Assembly (NCBI GenBank): GCA_037137395.1 | Contig: JBAXKK010000012.1 | Span: 1-43,598 of the forward strand | Direction: 5' to 3' | Source of the DNA: Elusimicrobiota bacterium | GTDB taxonomy: Bacteria > Elusimicrobiota > Elusimicrobia > Elusimicrobiales > UBA9959 | DNA length: 43,598 nucleotides | Made by a program: the position numbers and the translations under genes | Notes under the pieces: model-generated | The model's database searches: none | The model's input: the letters and a program-made list of their open reading frames with translations, nothing else | Told to the model about the DNA's origin: nothing | Shown: positions 37,974 through 43,598 of the stretch, piece by piece | Numbering within the stretch: the stretch's first letter is position 1 | How the letters are laid out: each line of letters begins with the position of its first letter

Positions 37974-38446
37974 TGCCGGATCTTCTTGTCAAGCTTTACG
38001 CGCTCCCGGGTTCGCTGGAGATTTTGGGAAACCTTTCGCGCAACGGAATAGAGATAAAACGCGCCATCGCCCCGGAAAAACACCATATTCTGAACTGGGT
38101 GAGTGAAAAGTTTTCCAAAGGCTGGGCCTCGGAATGCGACGCGGCTTTTTCAAACTCGCCCTGTTCCTGTTTTGTGGCGGTTAAGGACTCAAAAATTGCC
38201 GGTTTTGCCTGCTATGACTCTACCGCAAGGGGCTTTTTCGGACCGATAGGTGTGGATGAGACCCTGAGGAAAACCGGCCTCGGGAAGGGCCTGCTGATAC
38301 GGACACTGGAAGCCATGCGTGAAGCCGGCTATGGTTACGCTATAGTAGGCTGGGCCGGACCCTCGGATTTTTTTAAAAAAACGGTAGGGGCGACGGCAAT
38401 AGATGGTTCGGAACCCGGCATATACAAAAACATGCTGAAAGGATAA
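37973..38446 (+). CDS. GNAT family N-acetyltransferase
   Basis: GFACYD, FFGPIGV..RKTGLGKGLL, GYGYAIVG. Confidence 0.88.
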   Translation: MPDLLVKLYALPGSLEILGNLSRNGIEIKRAIAPEKHHILNWVSEKFSKGWASECDAAFSNSPCSCFVAVKDSKIAGFACYDSTARGFFGPIGVDETLRKTGLGKGLLIRTLEAMREAGYGYAIVGWAGPSDFFKKTVGATAIDGSEPGIYKNMLKG

Positions 38447-38508
38447 CATAAACAAGTTCCTAACAACCTCTGGTCTTCTATTATTTCCCCGGTTCTCCTC
38501 TGTCACAT

Positions 38509-39255
38509 ATGAAAGTTCCGCACGAATGGCATAAAGGCTTTTTTAAGAATTCCTTCTACAACCCGGCTTCACCCGCGGCGCTATCCAAAGCGCCGATGGA
38601 AGTAAAATTCCTTCTAAGGCACCTCAATCTCAAAAAAGGCGACAAGTTGCTTGATCTTTGCTGCGGCCCGGCCCGCCATGCAATATTGCTCGCGAAAAAA
38701 GGCCTGGATGTCACCGGCTACGACTACTCCACCGATTACCTTAAGGCAGCCGCGATCAAAGCGAAAAAGGCCGGAGTAAAACTGACTCTGCTCCGCGGGG
38801 ATATGCGCAGCCTGAAATTTAAAAGCGAATTTGACGCGGTCATTAATCTGTTCACGAGTTTTGGGTATTTTCAGCGTTTTTCCGACGATATAAAAACCCT
38901 GAAAGGCGCGGCGCGGGCGCTGAAACCGGGGGGGACTTTGATCATAGATATAGTACACGGCGATTACGTCCGCAAGAACTTCCGGGCCAGGAGCTGGATG
39001 AGGCTGGAGAACGGCGCCTATCACCTGGAAGATGCCGCGCTGACTAAAGACGGAACTCTCAACTCCTGGACTATTATAAGAAAAGGCAAAACTCAGACAA
39101 GAAATTTCTTCTCTCGCCTCTATTCAAAAAGCAGCATGAGCGCAGCCCTGCGAAAAGCCGGCTTAAAACCACTAAAGTTCTGGGGCAGCTTCAGCGGCGA
39201 CAAACTAACGGATAAAGCCGTCCGCATGATAGTCCTGGCGGTAAAGCCCAAATAG
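38509..39255 (+). CDS. Class I SAM-dependent methyltransferase
   Basis: LLDLCCGPARH, GYD, GDMR, NLFTSFGYF, LKPGG. Confidence 0.9.
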   Translation: MKVPHEWHKGFFKNSFYNPASPAALSKAPMEVKFLLRHLNLKKGDKLLDLCCGPARHAILLAKKGLDVTGYDYSTDYLKAAAIKAKKAGVKLTLLRGDMRSLKFKSEFDAVINLFTSFGYFQRFSDDIKTLKGAARALKPGGTLIIDIVHGDYVRKNFRARSWMRLENGAYHLEDAALTKDGTLNSWTIIRKGKTQTRNFFSRLYSKSSMSAALRKAGLKPLKFWGSFSGDKLTDKAVRMIVLAVKPK

Positions 39256-39256
39256 C

Positions 39257-40213
39257 ATGACATCATTAACCCGAATCCTGCAGTCCAGAATGATTCCCAT
39301 AGAGAAATCAGGGGAACAAAATTATTCTACAGGATTCCCCTCAAAGCGGGCGGAGGGCCAAGCGCTATGCGCGCCAGGCCCGACGGGATGTATTCCTCCC
39401 GAAGGGCGCCCGTTATACGGGCGGAAAACTTCACCTGAAGTTTTCAGGTTAATCAGAGAAAAAGACTCCGGTCTGCCGGAACTGCGGGTGATTGGCGTAT
39501 TGGAATCCTGTTTTCAGGAAAAATTCGGAACGCCTCGACAGCCTTGCTTTGTTCCGGGATCAACAGCCAGGCTCCGTATTTATCCGCAATATTTTCCGGA
39601 ACATTCGCTTGCCGGCCTGGCGGAATTCAGCCATGTGTGGCTTATTTCTTGGTTTCATCTGAATACCAATAAAACCTTTCATCCCAAGATCCACCCTCCG
39701 CGTCTGCGGGGGGGGAAGATCGGCGTTTTCGCCTCGCGGTCTCCGCATCGCCCCAATCCTTTAGCACTTTCGCTGGCAAAACTTGAACTGGTGAAGGGCG
39801 ACACACTGCACCTTTCCGGGATAGACCTGATAAACGGTACGCCGGTTCTTGATATCAAGCCATATCTTCCCTTCAGCGATTCCGCTAAAGATCCTTTATC
39901 CGGCTGGGTACCCGGTAACGATTTCCCTGAATTAAAAGTGAAGTTCTCGGCGCGAGCTCTTAAAGATATCGGGCTAAAACGCCTGTCGGACGGGCCCGAT
40001 CTCCGCGGTTTGATCGCGGGCACCCTCCGGAATGATCCGCGCAATATGCGGGACGCCACCCAGATGAAGGATGGCGCGGAACTGGAATTTTTCCTATGCG
40101 ACCGGGAAGTGCATTTTACGGTGACCGGTGACACGGCTACCGTTTCGCGCGTGGAAAACGCGTCCAAATTTGAAAAGAAATTCCGCCGTGAAAAACCTCA
40201 GAGCGGAGCGTAG
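39257..40213 (+). CDS. tsaA: tRNA (N6-threonylcarbamoyladenosine(37)-N6)-methyltransferase TrmO/TsaA; start uncertain, about 70-aa N-terminal extension
   Basis: KFGTPRQ, GLAEFSHVW, PPRL, GVFASRSPHRPNP, GTPVLDIKPY, DPR. Confidence 0.88.
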   Translation: MTSLTRILQSRMIPIEKSGEQNYSTGFPSKRAEGQALCAPGPTGCIPPEGRPLYGRKTSPEVFRLIREKDSGLPELRVIGVLESCFQEKFGTPRQPCFVPGSTARLRIYPQYFPEHSLAGLAEFSHVWLISWFHLNTNKTFHPKIHPPRLRGGKIGVFASRSPHRPNPLALSLAKLELVKGDTLHLSGIDLINGTPVLDIKPYLPFSDSAKDPLSGWVPGNDFPELKVKFSARALKDIGLKRLSDGPDLRGLIAGTLRNDPRNMRDATQMKDGAELEFFLCDREVHFTVTGDTATVSRVENASKFEKKFRREKPQSGA

Positions 40214-40317
40214 GGATCCAGCGCTCCAAATGTAAATAAATTTTAAATTACAAACCGCGTAAAAAAATTTTTGCACTTCTAAGCCGCCTTGCCTCTAAAT
40301 TGCTAACCATCTTCCCT

Positions 40318-42804
40318 ATGCCCCAACTCCCTATATTACAGAACGCCGACCGGATCCTGCGCGCGGTAAAGCATGGGCGGCGGCTGATAATTTCTTCCCC
40401 GCCCGGTTCGGGCAAGTCCACCAAAGTTCCTCAGTTGCTGCTGGACAGCGGACTTTTCAAAGGCCGGATCGCCGTGCTCCAGCCGCGCCGCCTGGCCGCC
40501 AGGATGCTGGCGGACCGCGTCGCCAGCGAAAGAGGCGGGGCAGCCGGCGCCGAAGTCGGTTACCGCGTGCGTTTCGAAGACAGGACGGGACCCAAGACCC
40601 GGATAATCTTTGAAACCGAAGGCATCCTGCTGCGGGAACTTGTATCGGATCCCCATCTCAAAAAATACTCGGTGATAATACTGGATGAGTTTCACGAGCG
40701 TCATATTCACGGCGACCTCACCCTGGCGGCCTGCCTGGCGCTGCAAAAGGGACCAAGGCCGGATCTGCTTATAGTAGTAATGTCAGCCACGCTGGAAGAA
40801 AAACCACTGGCCGCCTACCTGACGCCATGCGATATCGTTACAGCCGAAGGCAGCGTTTTCCCTGTGAAAACAATTTACTGCGGCGAAGATATCGCCAAGC
40901 TTCCCCCGTGGGAGGCTGCGTCTAAAACCTGCGCGCGCCTGCTGCCGGTCATCAGCGGCGGCCATGCCCTTGTGTTCATGCCCGGCGCTTTTGAGATAGG
41001 CAGAACATGCGCCGCGCTGGCCGGCATACCCGCTCTGAACGAATTCTCCATTACGCCCCTTCACGGCGAACTGCCGACGCGCGAGCAGGACACCGCACTT
41101 GCTCCTTCTAACCGGCGCAAAATAATAGTCACCACCAATATAGCCGAAACCTCGCTGACCATAGACGGCGTTACCGCGGTGATCGACAGCGGCCTGGCCA
41201 GAATAGCCCGCTTTGACGGCGCACGCGGCATAAACACGCTGTTCACCGAAAACATCGCGGCCCCATCGGCAATCCAGCGCGCGGGACGCGCCGGCAGGAC
41301 CCAGCCCGGAATTTGCGCGCGCTTGTGGACAGAGCGGGAAAACAATCACCGCCCGGTGAAGCTGGAACCTGAAATACTCCGCCTTGATATCAGCGAAGCC
41401 CTGTTAACTATAAAAGCATGCGGTTTCTCCGGTTTCACCGCGCTAAAATGGCTGGACCCGCCGGCTCCGCAGGACGCCTACCGCGCCGAAACCCTGCTGC
41501 GCGAACTGGGTGCGACCGACAAAAGCGGCGCCCTCACCACGGACGGGCGCGTTATGGCTGATTACCCTCTTCACCCAAGGTATTCCCGCATGCTGGCCGA
41601 GGCCAAACTTAAAAACTGCCTTTATGAGTGCGCTCTCGCTGCGGCCGCCGCTCAAGGCCGCGGGCTGTGGCTGGAGGGGGGAAAACCGGACATGAGTTAC
41701 GGGACTGACCTTCATTCCGACCTGGCCGCGGTGGCAGAGGCGCTTGAATTTTGCGCCGGGGCGGATTTCGACACTTACACCTGCGAGCGCGCCGGGGTTA
41801 AATCCGGAGCGGCGCGTGACGCATGGAGGATAGCAAAACGACTTGCCGGCACGGCACAGCCGGGCGGAACCCGCGCACTGACATGCGCGGCGCAATGCTT
41901 CCTGCGCGCTTTTCCGGATCGCGTAGCCGCGCTGGTTTCCTCTGAAAAAGGCCGGTATCAATTGGCGGGGGGGAAATGCGCGCGCCTTAAACCCGGCAGC
42001 GCCGCCGCCGGCGCGTCTTTAATATGCGCCGGCGAAGCGCTGGAAAGTGCCAACCGCACCGGAGCTGACATAACACTTTCATTCGCCACTGAGATAAAAG
42101 AAGAATGGCTGCGCGAAGCCTTCCCCGGGGAAATCACAACCATTTCCCGGCCAGCGTTGGATAAGGATATGCTCACACCCGTTACCGAAACCCTCACGCT
42201 ATACCGTGATATCGTCATCCGCAGCGAGATCACCGGCGCCGCGCGCGGTAAAACATCCTCTGACCTGATAGCCGCGGAGTTTACCAGCGGGCGTCATAAA
42301 CTGCTGAATTGGAACGAGGAAGCGGAAGAATGGCTGGCGCGCGTGGCTTTCCTGTCCAAAGCCTGCCCGGACCTGGGGTTTGAGCCGCTGGGCGAAGAGG
42401 ATATAAAGCTGGTCATCGCGGAGATTTGCGGCGGAGCCAGGAGCGTGGCGGAAGCCAAAGCCCGGCCAGTCCTGCCCGTGCTTCAAAACTGGTTCGGTTG
42501 GGAAAAAAATAGGCTGATAGAGCAATACGCGCCGGCGCGGCTGGAGATGCCTGGCGGCCGCAAGGCGAAGATCCGTTATCCGAAAGGCGGGGAACCTTTC
42601 CTTGAGGCAAAGATACAGGACCTGTTCACATTGAAAGAGACGCCGAAGATAGCGGCGGGGCGGGTGGCGCTGGTGGTTCACATACTGGCGCCGTCGATGC
42701 GGCCTGTGCAGGTGACAAAGGACCTTAAAAGTTTCTGGGCGGTCAGCTACCCCAAACTGCGCCCCCAATTATCCCGCCGCTACCCCAAACACAAATGGCC
42801 GTAA
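40318..42804 (+). CDS. hrpB: ATP-dependent RNA helicase HrpB
   Basis: PGSGKST, QPRRLAAR, DEFHER, MSAT, TNIAETSLT, QRAGRAGR, C-terminal RYPKHKWP. Confidence 0.93.
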   Translation: MPQLPILQNADRILRAVKHGRRLIISSPPGSGKSTKVPQLLLDSGLFKGRIAVLQPRRLAARMLADRVASERGGAAGAEVGYRVRFEDRTGPKTRIIFETEGILLRELVSDPHLKKYSVIILDEFHERHIHGDLTLAACLALQKGPRPDLLIVVMSATLEEKPLAAYLTPCDIVTAEGSVFPVKTIYCGEDIAKLPPWEAASKTCARLLPVISGGHALVFMPGAFEIGRTCAALAGIPALNEFSITPLHGELPTREQDTALAPSNRRKIIVTTNIAETSLTIDGVTAVIDSGLARIARFDGARGINTLFTENIAAPSAIQRAGRAGRTQPGICARLWTERENNHRPVKLEPEILRLDISEALLTIKACGFSGFTALKWLDPPAPQDAYRAETLLRELGATDKSGALTTDGRVMADYPLHPRYSRMLAEAKLKNCLYECALAAAAAQGRGLWLEGGKPDMSYGTDLHSDLAAVAEALEFCAGADFDTYTCERAGVKSGAARDAWRIAKRLAGTAQPGGTRALTCAAQCFLRAFPDRVAALVSSEKGRYQLAGGKCARLKPGSAAAGASLICAGEALESANRTGADITLSFATEIKEEWLREAFPGEITTISRPALDKDMLTPVTETLTLYRDIVIRSEITGAARGKTSSDLIAAEFTSGRHKLLNWNEEAEEWLARVAFLSKACPDLGFEPLGEEDIKLVIAEICGGARSVAEAKARPVLPVLQNWFGWEKNRLIEQYAPARLEMPGGRKAKIRYPKGGEPFLEAKIQDLFTLKETPKIAAGRVALVVHILAPSMRPVQVTKDLKSFWAVSYPKLRPQLSRRYPKHKWP

Positions 42805-42821
42805 TCCAGCGCTGTTGTGGC

Positions 42822-42948
42822 CTGTCTGGGGTTTGAAGTTGCAGGATCAGGGTCCGCCAGCACGGCGGCCCTTCCGGACCTCACCACTCCCAGACTGCAT
42901 GCCCAAGTCGGGTTCCGGTACGGTCCTGCAACCCCAAACCCCAGACAG
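42822..42948. repeat. Long inverted repeat (25-bp arms, 23/25 matches) enclosing smaller hairpins; candidate ncRNA or MITE
   Basis: CTGTCTGGGGTTTGAAGTTGCAGGA (42822-42846) versus TCCTGCAACCCCAAACCCCAGACAG (42924-42948). Confidence 0.8.
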
Positions 42949-43060
42949 CCCCTCCGATAAAACTTACGCGCTTATGAGCTTTATTTAGATACAGCCACGA
43001 CAGGACGCTGTCGGGGTGGTCTGGTAGGCTGTTTATAAGAATGGGATTAAAGGAGGGGAT

Positions 43061-43576
43061 ATGGGAGATATAATTCCTTTGGAAATGATAGAACAAAAAA
43101 TACTTGTAATTCGCGGACAGCGGGTAATGATTGATCGGGATCTTGCCGGGCTGTATGAGGTCAGCACAAAGGTTTTAAATCAGGCTGTAAAAAGAAATCT
43201 GGAAAGTTTCCCGGAAGATTTCATGTTCTGTCTGAGTGAAACCGAGAAAAAGGAGGTGGTCACAATCTGTGACCACCTCACTGTTATAAAATACTCCTCG
43301 CAATTGCCGTATGTTTTTACCGAGCAGGGCGTTGCAATGCTGTCTAGCGTTCTCAAGAGCCGGCGCGCCAGGCAGGTGAACATCCAGATAATGAGGGCTT
43401 TTGTAAAATTACGGCAATTATTAAATTCACACAAGGACCTCGCGCGAAAGCTGGAGGAACTGGAACAGAAATACGACGCGCAGTTTAAGAGCGTCTTTGA
43501 CGCCATAAGGATGCTGATGGCGCCGCTCTCCACCCCATCCCCTAAAAAAATCCCCGGCTTCAAGCCAGGGAAGTAA
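43061..43576 (+). CDS. ORF6N-domain (KilA-N-like) DNA-binding protein
   Basis: [59 protein letters not shown]. Confidence 0.9.
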   Translation: MGDIIPLEMIEQKILVIRGQRVMIDRDLAGLYEVSTKVLNQAVKRNLESFPEDFMFCLSETEKKEVVTICDHLTVIKYSSQLPYVFTEQGVAMLSSVLKSRRARQVNIQIMRAFVKLRQLLNSHKDLARKLEELEQKYDAQFKSVFDAIRMLMAPLSTPSPKKIPGFKPGK

Positions 43577-43598
43577 CCTGATACTATTGACATTCTTA

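Noticed and set aside
42860..42890. SRP 4.5S RNA call from AGGTCCGGAAGG on the minus strand
   Set aside because: The conserved AGCAG side of the helix-8 internal loop is absent (GGGCCGCC instead), so it is left unassigned

Overview
Bacterial chromosomal window of a diderm organism, tentatively Elusimicrobiota-like (inferred from gene style, not proven). It holds about 38 genes and one tRNA-Val(CAC). No CRISPR array, integrase, transposase or reverse transcriptase was recognised. (1) 250-9910 is a co-oriented, largely translationally coupled cluster: an outer-membrane beta-barrel; a polar amino-acid ABC transporter whose ATPase carries a degenerate RsbW-like (HATPase_c_2) tail and whose binding protein is circularly permuted; a partner-switching module (STAS/RsbV, RsbW kinase, two membrane PP2C/SpoIIE phosphatases with duplicated catalytic domains); an orphan NMT1-type binding protein; and a secreted stand-alone copy of one phosphatase's sensor domain. 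No sigma factor is present. This is the best candidate for an undescribed system. (2) livKHMGF, tRNA-Val, eno, dedA. (3) A three-gene secreted cluster led by a clostripain-family peptidase. (4) A minus-strand run: HD-GYP, an rsmI-LMW phosphatase fusion, glyA, mtnP, cdd, an atypical accB, a Zn-ribbon/TPR protein, accC, rfaE2, then serine palmitoyltransferase plus a ceramide-synthase-like GNAT. Several of its intergenic gaps contain heptamer-periodic inverted repeats. (5) dapB, an aminotransferase, a hydrolase, a small basic tandem-repeat protein, folD, GNAT, a methyltransferase, trmO, hrpB, a long structured inverted-repeat element and an ORF6N gene. All assignments come from motif recognition by eye; no database searches were run.
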